Shown piece after piece: positions 34,800 through 47,460 of a stretch of DNA of 64,000 bases. Source of the stretch: Antechinus flavipes (taxonomy: Eukaryota); contig NC_067402.1 in the NCBI RefSeq assembly GCF_016432865.1, positions 299,522,001 through 299,586,000 of the forward strand, written 5' to 3'. Under the pieces are notes generated by a model. The model made no database searches, was not told the DNA's origin, and worked only from the letters and a program-made list of their open reading frames with translations. A program made the position numbers and the translations under genes. The stretch's first letter is position 1. Each line of letters starts with the position of its first letter.

Positions 34800-36440
34800 T
34801 TTTTAATTTAACATGATCAAAAATACTCATTTTGCATTTCATAATGTTCTCTACTTCTTTGTCCAAAATTTCCTCCCTTCTGACAAGGCAGACTATTCCT
34901 TGTTCTCCTAATTTGCCTATATCTCCCTTTATATTGAAATCATGAACCCATTTTGACCTTATGTTGGTGTGTAGGGTATTAGATATTAGTCAATGCCTAG
35001 GTTTTGTGCCATAGTATTTTCCAATTTTCCTAGCCATTTTTATCCAATAGAAGTCTCAGCCCAGAAACTGGCATCTTTGGGTTTAATCAAACAATTGATC
35101 ACTATAGTCATTGACCATTTTGTCTTGTATACTTCATCTATTCCACTGATTCTCTACTCTTAGTCCAGCCAATGATTTTAAAGACTGCCTCTTAATAAAT
35201 ATGGGATTAGGTCCAGTATGGCTAGGCAACCTTCTTCTTCAGCATTCATTTTACAAGATTTTGAATTCCCAAGTTATCTTCCTCCTTCTTTCCTCTACCC
35301 TCTTTTGGAAGGCAGCTATGCTCACCACTATACCACCAACGCCCCTCTACACTCTTTTGAAGAAGAGACGTAGTTTGATCTCTTTATATCTGAGTTATCA
35401 TGTAAGACACAACTCCACATTAGTCACAGTGTGAAAGAAGAACCTGATTAAAAGGAAAAAATGAGAAAAGAAAAACAATGCTTCAATCTGCATTAAGAGT
35501 CTGTCAGTTCTATATCAGTTCTTTGCAGGTGTCTCAGATCATTCTGTTGCAGAGAAGAGCAGAATTTCTCATAGTTGATCATACAATGTTGCTGATGCTG
35601 TGCACAATGTTTTCCTGATTCTGCTCATTTCACTTTGTATGAGTTTGTACAAGTCTTTCCAGGTTTTTCTGAAATCTGCCTGTTCATTTCGTAGTGTACA
35701 ATAATATTCCTTTATATTCCTATAGCACAGCTTATTCAGCCATTCCCCAATTGTTGGGCTTCCCTTCAGTTTCCAATATTTTGCCACCCTGAAAAGGACT
35801 CCTATAAATATTTTTGCATATTCACATATATGTTTATGTATTTATATCATTTCCTTTTTGTGATTTGTGACATTTATGTCCTTTCCTTATCTCTTTGGGA
35901 TACAGACCTAGTAGTGGTATTGCCCAGTCAAAGTGTATGACTTATCTTACATTATGTATAATGGAGATAAACTAGAAGCTTTTCCCATAAATTCAGGGTG
36001 AAACTGTGATGTTCACTGTCACCACTTCTGTCTGACATGGTATGAGAAATGTTAACTGGCACGAAGATGAAAAGAAAATTGAGGGAATAACTATAGAAAG
36101 TCAAGAAGATTCACAATTATCACCTTTGCAGGTGATATATTGATGTACCTAAAGAACTTAATTCAGGTAAAAATTAATTGCAATAATACTTTTAGCAAAT
36201 TTGCAGGAAACAAAAATATCCACACACATCACTGACATTTTAAACTAATACCAATAAATATAGGAAACTAAAGAGAAATATCACATAAAATCACTATAAA
36301 ATATATAAAATAATTTGGAATTTCCCTACCAAGATAAATACGTAAGAATTATAAAAATACAACTGCAAGTAACTGTGTATTTGCACAGCCAAATAATTGG
36401 AAAAGTTATATATTAATTGCTCACAAAATTAAATAAAATG
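34800..36440. mobile_element. LINE-1 fragments (antisense 34800-35940, sense RT fragment 35950-36440)
   Basis: Copies of 16080-17220 and 17230-17720. Confidence 0.8.
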
Positions 36441-37148
36441 GTTGCTGGCAGATGTGTGCCTGAATGCAGAGTACAGTATTCATATTAACATTTTGTATTA
36501 GGTACTAGTAGCATCCGATAGTATCAATTGAGGAAAAGGAGTTATTAGTGCTGTTATTAGTTACTCCCATTGCTCTAGGGATTTCTGGGAGCCAATGAAA
36601 GAAGGGTTTTTTGGGTAATCTCTAGAGCCATTCTTGGAAGATGCAGAGCTTAGAGTCTAGCAGAGCTTGTGCCTACCTTGTGGTGTGAGGGCCACCAGGC
36701 TAATCCTCTGGAGAAGAGTTCTTACATCTTTCCTATTTTTGTGTCTTTGCATACCCATATTTTATGATAAAAATTATTCTGCTTACTTCACTGTCTTTGT
36801 TAATATAAATCATTCTGCTCACTTTACTTTATTTGTTCATAAAATTTTTCCTAAAACAATCCATTTTGTCACTTTTTACACAATATCATATTACATCATA
36901 TACAGTATTGCATTCATATACTAAGATTTGTTTAAAAATTAACCCACATTTGATAAGTACTCTATAGTATACATTTCCTATAATTTTATGGCCATATGGG
37001 TTACTTTTCTCCTTTCATCTCAATGGATATCTTTGGTAGCCAGAAAATACTCACAGAGCAGTGACATTTTAGGTATAGTTCCAAATTGCTTTACAGGTTG
37101 GCCTATATATATGTATATGTATAATGTCTATAGGCATCAGTACATGTA

Positions 37149-37192
<44 letters not shown>

Positions 37193-38129
37193 ATAGATAT
37201 AACCAGCAGTCTGTTTCCATAGCAAAGATAATTGGCATTATCATTGTGGCTGGTGTGGCTAGCCTCTGTCCATGGTCCTGGGTTATTCTAAAAAAATAGC
37301 CACCTCATTTCTAGGAAAGATTTTAGACATGGAAAAAAGGAGATGGAGGGAAGCATATTCTCAAAGGAGAATAGGGATTAGGAAAGACTTCTGGTAGAAG
37401 ATGAGCTTAGCTGGGATTTGAACAAAGCTAGAAAATAATTTGTCCTTAATCACTTCAATACACTTAGAGGATATTGGAAAGTATCCACGTGACTTATAAA
37501 TCCAGGTCTCAGCTGCACAGGTTATTTCCATGTTAGTGCAGATCCATGTCATCAAACAAGGATAAGGGGAAATCTGAGTCTTCTGAAAAACTGGCAACAA
37601 TTATGAGGAATACACAGAAACAGAAGTTTTGAAGAGAAGAACAGACTCACTGGGGATTTTAATCACAGAGGAAAGCTATCTATGGGAGAACCAAGAATCA
37701 AATTCCAAGTGGTCTGCCTCACTTTTCCTTGCTCATAGGCACGCTTTATACTCAACTTTCCCAAGTAAAAACAATACAACATCTGTCCACTTTGAAAATT
37801 TGAAGTTGGTGTCTTCTCCACCAGAAAATAATCAGTTCAGAAACTGTCTCTTCTAGGAGAAGGGCTCCTTTCTCTCTCTCTTCTTTAGTCCTATCATATT
37901 GGACTAAGAAGGTCCTCTCCTTTGGCTTATTGAAGAGAAGTCATGACTTAGTGAATATTACTATAGTGGCAGAAACTAGGTGAATCCTACAGTCTGTTTC
38001 CATAGCAGAGAACATTTGGAAAATAAAGTGAAGGTTTCAGTGCCTAATGTTGCTAACCCTTGTCCATGGTCCCGAATTGTCTAAGAAAGTGGATGCCCTG
38101 TATCTAGGTCAGCTGAGTCCCTAGAAAAA

Positions 38130-38498
38130 TCATGCACTTGTTTCTACTGGGTTTATACCCCAAAGAGAACTAAAGAAGGGAAAGGGACCTGTATGTGCCA
38201 AAATGTTGGTGGCAGCCCTGTTTGTAGTGACTAGAAACTGGAAAATGAATGGATGCTCATCAATTGGAGAATGGTTGAGTCAACTGTGGTATATGAATGT
38301 TATGGAATATTCTTGTTCTGTAAGAAATGACCAGCAGGATGAAGACAGAGAGGCTTGGAGAGACTTACATGAACTGATGCTAAGTGAGATGAACAGAACC
38401 AGGAGACCATTATATACCTCAACAACAATACTGTGTGAGGATGTATTCTGATGGAAGTGGATCTCTTCGATAAAGAGATCTAACTCAGTTTGAATTAA
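38130..38498 (+). mobile_element. LINE-1 ORF2 C-terminus/3' UTR, sense, truncated by a rearrangement junction
   Basis: ORF 38203-38451 (MLVAALFVVTRNWKMNGCSSIGEWLSQLWYMNVMEYSCSVRND) is the L1 ORF2 C-terminus. It abuts the Ras fragment directly. Confidence 0.9.
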
Positions 38499-38669
38499 TT
38501 CGGGGTCCCTTATATGGAGACATCAGCCAAGACTGGACAAGGTGTAGAGTAAGCCTTCCATGAGCTGGTTGGTGAAATTCGGAGGCTGCGAGCTGAGGAG
38601 GAGCTCAAGAGTCACCCAAATACTGAGCAGAGGGAGGTCTGTGGGTGCAAGTGTTGTACAATCCAGTGA
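38499..38669 (+). pseudogene. 5'-truncated Ras-like fragment (last 56 codons) with an internal stop
   Basis: FGVPYMETSAKTGQGVE*AFHELVGEIRRLRAEEELKSHPNTEQREVCGCKCCTIQ*. TAA at 38550-38552. Followed by ~680 bp of paralogous 3' UTR. Confidence 0.9.
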
Positions 38670-40103
38670 GTAGGTACACCCTTATCCTTATATTGCCCCC
38701 TAATTCCCCTCTCACCTGGCCTAGAATACCTCCAAATCCCCTACCCACTCCCCAGCATTCAAGACTTTCATCTGGACCCTTCCTTCTGCCTTCTCTTCCC
38801 TGCCAAGCCCTTTTGGCCCTTATCAGGATTTCTCCAGGAGTCTCTTGGAGGAACCCGTCTGTGTTTCTATGTTAAGAGATTTGTGTTGGATTTTTGATTT
38901 TGTTTCCCATTTGAGCAGGAATGACTACCTCACTGCCCGGGTATCCTGAAAGGCAAGGAAAGACTCCATTTCTCCCTGAATGTGCAGCCTCTCCTAGCCT
39001 CCCAGCCTGTCAGAGGCCCCAGAGACAGCCAGCTTCCTGGCTGCTTTCTGTCTAGTCTGGCCCTCATTTTCAGCAGCTTCCTCTGCCTTCCTGGAGGCTG
39101 TGTGTGAATTTTCTTTGTTGGGCTTTCCCCTGCTCTCCCAACAGAGATGCTGTCTCTGGAGACCAGGGCAAAGTGATTCTCCCTCCTATTCCTGGGCTTG
39201 GTGGATTTGCTGTCTGGAGCTAGGTCCCCTTCCCTGTCTCCCCCAGAAGACCTTGTTTATGGTGTTGGTCAGGAGCCCTGCTCTGAAGTGGTCCCCATTC
39301 AGTGACACTCAAGGCCAGACTGGGGGAATATGATTTTTTTTTGTTACTCACATTGTGTGTTCTTATTCTCAATTTGCATATCTTATTATTTTGATAATAA
39401 ATCTTACCAGTTACATTCTACATATTTTTTTCTCCCTTGGTTGATTCCCTTCTTTCTCTACTCCTCCCTTCCCTCCCCTTGTCTGCAACATTTGCTACAG
39501 AATATTGTTATTTGACTGTGTACTCTAAGCTGGCCTGAAAAGTCAGAGAAGCACCGAATCTATATCCCAAGAATCTGAATCTGCTCCATCTGACAAGTGG
39601 CACCGGTATTCTGACCCATGACATTCTATATAGGAGCCCCTGGTCACAAAGGTGGGTAAAAGGTATGGGAGAGGGGGAACAGGAGAGAAGAGGGAGCTCA
39701 TGGAGGATGCTCCTAACTTTTTTTTGTAAAAATGAGGTATAAAGTTCTTAGTTGAGACAATTGAGGGAGGAGAGCAATGAAAGGGTGGAGGAGGGGTGAG
39801 AAGGTTTGGGAGATCTGGGAGATCTGCTATGGAGAGTGGGAGAGAGAGCCAGTGAGGGTGATGTATCTTCTTGGAGTCTCAGGGGAGAGTTGAGTGCCAG
39901 GTGGATCCCAAGGGTATCCAAGGAGGATGAGCATTTCTGGTGTGAGGGCTTGCCAGAGTGTTTTTGGGACATTGATAGTGTTACACCTTGAAGGTCAAAC
40001 TCTTTCACTAAGTCATTTGGTTAAGAGGATAAAGAATAAATGGCAAAATTTTCTGCAAAAGTCAAAGCATTACCGAAATGCTAACTGTCCTAACTTCTGC
40101 AGA

Positions 40104-40272
40104 GGGAGCTAGATGGCATAGTGTAAAACCCTGAGTTTAAATCCAGCCCCAGAAACTTTGGGCATCCTTAATCCCCTGCCACGGGAGAATGAAATGGCAA
40201 TCCACTCCAGTATCTTTGCCAAGAAAATCCCAGGGACAGAGACCTATGGGGATACAGAGTCACTGAACAACA
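40104..40272 (+). mobile_element. CORE SINE with RTE-type 3' tail (Mar1-like)
   Basis: GGGAGCTAGATGGCATAGTG head, then GAAATGGCAATCCACTCCAGTATCTTTGCCAAGAAAATCCC, the Bov-B/RTE-like tail. Confidence 0.7.
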
Positions 40273-41354
40273 GTAACGGCAAGACTCAAAGAGCTCCAAG
40301 TCTTTCAGAGGCATTAAAGGCAATCCTCTAAGGATAAGAGACAGAGAGAGCTAAAACTTCTGCTCCAAAGCCCAGCATAGGTGAGTGTCTGGGGCTGGAT
40401 CTGCATTCAGGTCTCTGACTACAAGCTAAACCTTTCCTCTGGCAGGAAAGAGAGAGGAATTCCCCGGGACTGAGAGCCGCAGAGCCTGGGGAGATAGTGA
40501 GAGCTTCATTCTCGAGCACAGTTAGAGGGATGGTATGGGGCAGGGACATTGGGGATCTTGGGTCAAGGCAAAAATGACCAGACCGGTTGAAAGAGGTTAC
40601 AGACACAAGGTGCTGAGAGAAGTGTGTGAGGACATGTACATACACACACACTCTCCCCTACCTAGTCTTTTGGGGCTCACTGCTTCCTGCACACAGATTG
40701 GTACTGCCCCCTTTCCCTGGCAGGGCAAAGAAAAGCAGAAAAGCTGACCTGGAAAGAGGCTGAAGGAGGGATGGGGGAAGCAGGCAGGGGAGGGTTCTGG
40801 GAAGAGATAGTGATGGGGAAAGGAGGCAAAAGAAATAAGCATTGATTGAGAACTCACTGTGTGGTAGGTGTAGTAAGTGCAGGGGTCCAAATACAAATAC
40901 TATAAACAGTCTTTAAAAGACTCTTCATGATTTCTGGGAAGAGGGAGACATGGGGGTGGGGGCTAGAAGGAAGTCATGCGGAAGGCAATGGGGCTCTGGG
41001 CATGGTTTGGTCAGAAGTAGAACCTGGAGAATGGGCTGGCCCTGCCCCCCTCCCCCAAAGTGGGAGAGAACTCCTCCCGATCCTCATTCAAATCCTTGTG
41101 GAACAGGTTAAGAAACTTGAGGTAAACAAGTCACACAGAGAGTGAGGTAGAAGTAGGACTAGAACTCAGTTCTTTTTCTTTTTTAAGATAAAAATATTAG
41201 GTTTTGATCCACATTCAATCTCCATCATTCTCTCTCCAAATGCTGACAGCACTTTCCGTTACAAGTTTATTGGAATTGCTTTAAATCACCCCATTGTCAA
41301 AATCCATCAGAATATGAAAATAGCCAAATCCATCAGAAAATCTTTTTTTTCCCC

Positions 41355-41490
41355 TGATGCAATTAGGGTTAAGTGACTTACCCAGGGTCACACAGCTGGG
41401 AAGTGTTAAGTGTCTGAGACCACATTTGAACTCAGAATCTCCTGACTAAAGTGCTGATGCTCTAAGCATTGAGCCACCCAATTGACCCCC
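41355..41490 (-). mobile_element. Marsupial CORE SINE (WSINE1-like)
   Basis: GGGTTAAGTGACTTACCCAGGGTCACACAGCTGGGAAGTGTTAAGTGTCTGAGACCACATTTGAACTCAG core. Confidence 0.8.
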
Positions 41491-42384
41491 TCACATAATC
41501 TTCTTGTAGCTGTGTGCAATATTCTCCTGGTTCTGCACACTTCCCTCAGCATGAGTCCATGAAAGTCTTTGCAGTTTCACTGGAAATCAGCCTGCTCAGC
41601 ATTTCTCATAGACTAGTAATATTTTGTTATATTCATATGCCATCGCTTGTTCAGCCATTCCCCAAGGATGAGCAGCCTCTCAGTTTCCAGCAGAACTCCC
41701 TTCTTTTGCCCGAGGGAGGCAGGAGATGGGATTGGCCAAGAGCTCCTGCCCGGTTTCCCTCTCCTTGCTATCTTGTGCTGATGGACTACAGAGATGGGTT
41801 CAGCTTCTTTGAGCTGTCAAGAGACTGACAGGGGAGAGGGTGACAATTCTGAAGTTAGTGCAGAACAGCATTTTAAAGACAGGGAGAGCTAGTCAGGGCT
41901 GGGCTGGTCATAGCTGCAGACATGTGCTTCATCTGCTGGGGAGCATGTCCCCCGTTGAGGATCTGTAGTATACATGACTTTAAAAATATAACAAAGATGA
42001 GTGTTCATTTGGAGAGACAACTGACAGGTCCAGGTCCCCAAAGAATGAGTGAATCCTCTCTGTTAGAGGAGATGTCATCCTTGAAAGTTGTATCTGTTTT
42101 GAATTATAAGTGTCCCTAAACAGAAAGCCATCTGACAGAAAGTAGGGTGTCACTCAACTCAGCCTCCAGCCTGAACCTCAAATCCTGGGTGTGGATTCGC
42201 AAAAATGCCTAGTTAAAATTTAAACAATTTAAAAAGGAATATATGATTCCAACTTGGCCTAAAAGACCAAGAATTGGAAGCAGAATTGGCTCAGTAGAAG
42301 GTATCAAAGGGGTCTGTTGGATCAGGATGTCTGGGCTAGCAAGGGGAGGAGAGAGAAAGGAGCCAGCTATAGGAGGAGATTGGC

Positions 42385-42850
42385 TGTAGTGTTCTTCTTT
42401 TTCTATAATAGGATGGTTCTCTGGGAGCAGGTTTCTTGGGGAGGTTTCTGGAAGCAGCCTTAGTTTCAATTCTGATCAATAATCACCTCAAATACAGCCA
42501 GGAGTTAAAATCCAATCCTTTATTGTCTCTTCCAAAATAGCCCAGTAAGCTTTCCTTGGTTCCGAGAGCTCTTGTTGCTAGTCCTTTAGCTCTTCCAGCT
42601 TCTGCCTCTCTCCAACTGACCCTTCCTGAGACTGAGAGATTTTTATATATGATTTCTTAAAGTTGTGAACCCAAAAGTTGACTCCTCCTCTGAGAGAGTG
42701 GGATTGTGGGAGGTGTAAACTTGGATCTCTCCCTACTTGTGAACTCCAATGTGTGAGCCAATGTGTGAACTCTCAAAGGTGTAAACATAATCGTTGTTTC
42801 TATCAGTTTCGTTGAGTTAATCACGTTGTTTCAAGTTCTGGCCCATAATA
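42385..42850 (-). mobile_element. Probable solo LTR specific to unit C
   Basis: A ~465-bp insert absent from A and B, between GGAGGAGATTGGC and AGGAAAAATTGGGGAGTGAG. Starts TGT. Reverse-strand AATAAA near 42520 and TATA near 42643. The right terminus and TSD are degenerate. Confidence 0.55.
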
Positions 42851-43207
42851 GTAGGCTAGGAAAAATTGGGGAGTGAGACCATCCAATATGGGGAAGGCCC
42901 TGTGGCTTCCTTAGTTGCTACCTGAAAAATCATAGTGAAAATACAAGGGAGGGGTAAGGAATGCAACAAAGAGGGTGGGGAAGAACAGGATCCGCAATCA
43001 TTTTGTAATATTTGGATGGCCAAGCCCTTTGCTGAACCAACTGCTCCGAGGCCAATTATTGAAAAGTCCCGACTTCTATGCAAGGATTTTATAAAACAGC
43101 TGCTCTTGCCCATCGTTGAAGCCGTTAATGGCTGTCTCTGGATAAAAGATCCTGCAGTTTTGTCTACAAGAAGAGCTTCCCCCTCCTCCGTTTCTAACTT
43201 CCTCCAG

Positions 43208-43980
43208 ATGACAAAGGCCCATTCTCTGGGGAATGGCTGTCCCAGAGCAGCCAGAAATCCTCACACCCCGACTGCAGTGACTCTGAGGCCTCCTCTGGAA
43301 GGGAAGGCCGAGGTCCGCGGGGCCTTGCGGGAGACACGGTTCCTTCGGGTGCCGATATCTCTGAACCACCCTCTACAAGTGTCGGTTCCCCAGACCTACC
43401 TGCCATTGGAGGTGGGAAGATCTCAAATCCAGGTCTCTGGGTGAGGAAATTTCTCCGGACATCAGCAGGGGTCACTGCGGACTGGCCGAGGGCCCGGAAA
43501 TCCCGCCCCTTCGACAGCTTTCGCCACCAAGCAGATCAGCACGCTGGAGAGCTCCTCCAAACGCCTGCACTAACTGGGAGGGGCAGAGAGGCGAAAACTG
43601 GCGGGAGGGATGCAGCTGTCGCAAGTTCAGATCAAAACCTAGCTCCAAAGTCGCCGCAAGAGGTTGAAACGCCAGTTGCAGCATTGGGGCCCCCCGACTC
43701 CCCTCCAGGCTTCTCCCTCCACTTTTACAGCCCCCTGCCCCAGTGCTCAGCACCAGCGCCGCCGCGGGCCTCCAGTACATGTACCCCGGTTGGCCACAAC
43801 TCGGGAGCTCCGAGCTTGCCAGGAGCCTTTTGCCGCTGCCCTGGTTCTCCCCCTCTGCCCCCTCTGCCCTTTCCTCGGCTCCTGCAAAGTTGCCCCTCCT
43901 GCCATCGCGTCAGTGCTGGCTCGTTTGCTAAGCGGTTGTCCCGACCAGGCCTCCTTCCTGAGCGCAATGAGACGGTAGAG
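43208..43980 (+). pseudogene. VENTX: VENTX-like homeobox processed pseudogene, copy C
   Basis: ATG ACA AAG GCC followed by the same 1-nt frameshift. Shared TAA at 43571-43573 and an extra TAG at Trp48. C-terminal LSTSAAAGLQYMYPGWPQLG resembles human VENTX YSTSSCLANGLQLLCPWAPLSG. Confidence 0.85.
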
Positions 43981-46488
43981 GCCTATAATCCCCCCTGGTG
44001 GGGCTGACTGGTACTGAGAGAGGAGAGAGAATACGGGAGCAAGAGACAGATCCCTCCGGGAGAGAGTCTAACTCGGAAGACTTCAGGAATTAATGGTCTG
44101 CTCTGTCTTCTGCCTCTTGGCAGTACTCCATACATGAACTTGTACATATTTGCGAAATTATTTGAAGTGCATTATGTATAGAGATTTAGTTATACACATA
44201 TTAAATAGTTATATTTTAAACAAATAAAAAATAGCTTCTACATTTATAAAAGTGCTTTGTTTTTTCCTTTCATCTCTGCCCTTGAATAGGGAATCTCTTC
44301 TTATTTTGAGAATAAATCTTACCAGTTACATTCCACATGTTTCCTTTTCTCTGTTGGCCGATTCCCTTCTTTCTCTATTCCTCCTTTCCCTCTAAAATGC
44401 TTTCCTTGTCTGCCTCAAGTCCCTACAGAATATTGTTATTTGACTGTGTGTGACTCTAAACTGGCCTGAAAAGTTAGAGAAGCACCGAATCTTTATCCCA
44501 ATTATCTGAATCTGCTCCCTCTGACAAGTAGCACCGGTATCCTGGCCCATGACATTCTATATAGGAGGCCCTAGTCACAAAGGTGGGTAAAAGGTATGAG
44601 AGATGTGAAACAGGAGAGAAGAGGGAACTCGTGGAGAATGCCCTTAACTTTTTTCTGTAAAAATGAGGTATAAAGTTCTTAGTTGAAAGAGTTGAGGGAG
44701 GGAAGCAATGAAAGGGTTGAGGAGGGGTGAGCAGGTTTGGGAGATCTGTGGAGAGGGAAAGGGAGCCAATGAGGGTGATCTATTTTCTTGGAGTCACAGG
44801 GGAGAGTTGAGTGCCAGGTGGATCCCAAGGGTATCCAAGGAGAATCCAAGCATCTCTGGTGTAAGGGCTTGCCAAAGTGTTCTGGGTACATTACAAGGGT
44901 GTTACACCTTGAACGTCAAACTTTTTAGTGAGTCCTTTGGTTGAGAGGATGAAAATAATTAGTGAAGTACCTTGGAAAAGTCAAAGCTGCCTCAATGAGC
45001 CTCGATAAAGGCTTTTCCTGGCAAACCCGTCTGGACTTTGCCTAAGGGGCCTCTCCCTCTCCCAGAGGCCGGCTCTCTACTATCCAGCCTATGTGTGGCC
45101 TGGTGATCCAGTATTTATACGAACAGATTTGTTCATCCGTAAAAGGATCCCCGAGTTAGGGTGCAGGCAGGTCATGGACCGCCTTTGATGTTTCAGGGTA
45201 AAACAATTCCCAGCCATGTGCAGGGAAAAGGCTCCCTAGATCAGCATCCTGTTTATAGCAGAAGGCCCCAGGCAGTCGGAGCAAATAACCCACATGGTGC
45301 TCCATAAAACAATCTGCTTCTTTAGAAAAAGAGAGAACTGAAGGGGGCGATGAGTGATGGTGGGGAAGGAGGAGAGAAACGCGTTAGGGAAAAGGGAGAG
45401 AAGATATAAATAAGACAAAAGGAGGCATTTCCCCTAGGAAACCAAGTTAGCAATTGTAGCCTCCTTGAAATCATTATGGAGATTGCCACAGTGCCAGAGG
45501 GCGCTGGCTTTGGGCCTCCAGTAAAAATAGCTGGCAGGAGAAATTCTACAGCAAACCCCAGGATCCTTGGGCTTCCTATCAGCAATCAAGCTTGGAGGGC
45601 AAGAAGAGCTTGAATTGTGACGAATGTCCCATCCTCTGACCTCAAGCAGGTCTGCAAAGTTCCCTGAGATCTTTCCAATCCTGAAATCTGAGCTAGATTT
45701 CTAAGCCTTGAATGGGGGTGTAAACGAGCCATTACTGATATTACTTGATGCTGATTCAGAAAGGGAACAGCTTGGGAAGAGGAAGCATCATGAATAAGGA
45801 CACTCAAGCCAATGGGGAATAAACCTGAGAACTTAATTCCTGGTAGGAGAAGGCTGTAATCCTCTGGAATGGTCAAAGTTTGGAAAATGGAAAGCATTTT
45901 GGCAGAAATTAGGTTTCGAACAACGACTTATACCCAAGATATTCCTGAGCGTTGTAAAGGGAACGGATGCATTACCTAGGACAGAAAGCAATTTCTGAAT
46001 ATTTCTCTCTTATGTCTTCTTGGCCCACAAATTATAGCCAGAGAATGAGTGCAGATTCTAACAATGGGGTTTAGAGTGGTGATTAAGGGTGTGAAGTCCG
46101 GTTTAGGCAAAAGAAAGCCAGGGTGACAAAGCCTGCTTTTTTCCCTTGGGCCTGAACGACTGAGGACTTTAGTGCGCACTATCCTTTGGTGCAGAAGCAC
46201 TGGCTCTTGGACCTTCATCCTTACCTCAGAATCCCAGGGGCAGAACTACCCTGGCCTCAGGCTACATTGTGAGGTTGGGGCCAATAATCCTTGTGGTACA
46301 CGTAGGGCTTCCCCGAACTCCTAAGGGTGGGGTTTCCTGAGCTCCCAAAACACTGCCACATGGGATGCTCAAAGCTTCAGCAAAGGTAGACTAGGGTTTC
46401 CAGCTGGCTCTCGTAGTGAGGGGTGGGGCTTCCCAAAATCTTATGGGTGGAGGTTCCAAAATGAAGGAAATTCCCCCATCCCAAAGGC

Positions 46489-46555
46489 GGGGGGGGGGGG
46501 GGGGGCGTGGTTCCCGGGAGCCTTTGTTGCCTAGGGGCGGAGTTCTCCAAATCAC
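46489..46555 (+). promoter_or_regulatory. Putative promoter of Ras-like gene C, with a G17 run
   Basis: Seventeen consecutive G (46489-46505) run into the CGTGG GC box. A second box, GGGGCGGAG, sits at the spacing conserved with A and B. Confidence 0.45.
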
Positions 46556-47460
46556 TCTGGAGACCTGAGGTTGCCAGAAGCCCCTATAGTACGCAGGAAG
46601 GGGTCGTCTGCTTCTGAGACCTTCTACACTTAAAGACTAGACCTGAATTCTACCTGAGTAATTTTACAGCTCCTAAAGGGTATATAGAGGCCAGCTCTCA
46701 GTTAACAGCAATGGGGTGGGTGGCAAGTAGACCTCAAGTTAGTGCCATGTTGGACTACATTAATGCAGGAGGTATTGGCTCAACTGGGCTCCTCGTGGGG
46801 CCGGATTAATGCGGGCAGTGCCGCTGGGCTCGCCTCCCCTGCCCCCAACTTAGCTGCCTGAACCCATATAATGTTACAAACTTTGGGTTGTATTATTGAA
46901 GGTTCAGGTTGGGAGCCCAATTTGCAGCCAAGCCGGCCAAAGACTCCCGGCCCCTTCGATGCAGGAACTCCCGACCAGGCAGCCGCCCAAACCGAACCCC
47001 TTTGGGCTACATTACTGTGGAGGAGCATGGTCTGTAGAAATAGCACTATTCTTGCCTCCTAAGAGCCTTCAGAATTGGCCCGGGGTCTTCTGGGTCGCAG
47101 GGTTTGAGAAGGGCGCCAGTAAATCAGAGAGCATCTTGGAGAAGCCAGCCAGAATGGAAGAGCCTGGAACCCACGTGCTCCAGTGGGTTTGGAATTGGTC
47201 AGAAGAGCCAGGGGATTCAGAGATTTCCAGTTTCTGAAGTTCTGTCACTGGGGGGGAGGGTTGAGCCTTGTTCGCTTGGGCCCCAGAGAGCTGAAAGGGG
47301 GGCGGGGAAGAGCATTGGCAAAGAAGCCCACTGAGGCTGGAGGCAGGAGTAAAGTCTTCCTCCAGAGAGGTGACCTCCAGTGAAATGGGCTGACTTCTTG
47401 CAGTCCTTCCTTGCAGCCTAGAAAGTAGACTAGAGACCACTTGAGCCCATCCCAGTTCTC

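Larger units (their letters stand above)
19472..38171. repeat. Segmental duplication unit B (18,700 bp), tandem copy of unit A
   Basis: Starts at the chimeric junction AGAGAACT|GCTATAAAT and ends where the sense L1 continues AGAGAACT|AAAGAAGGG. Confidence 0.97.
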
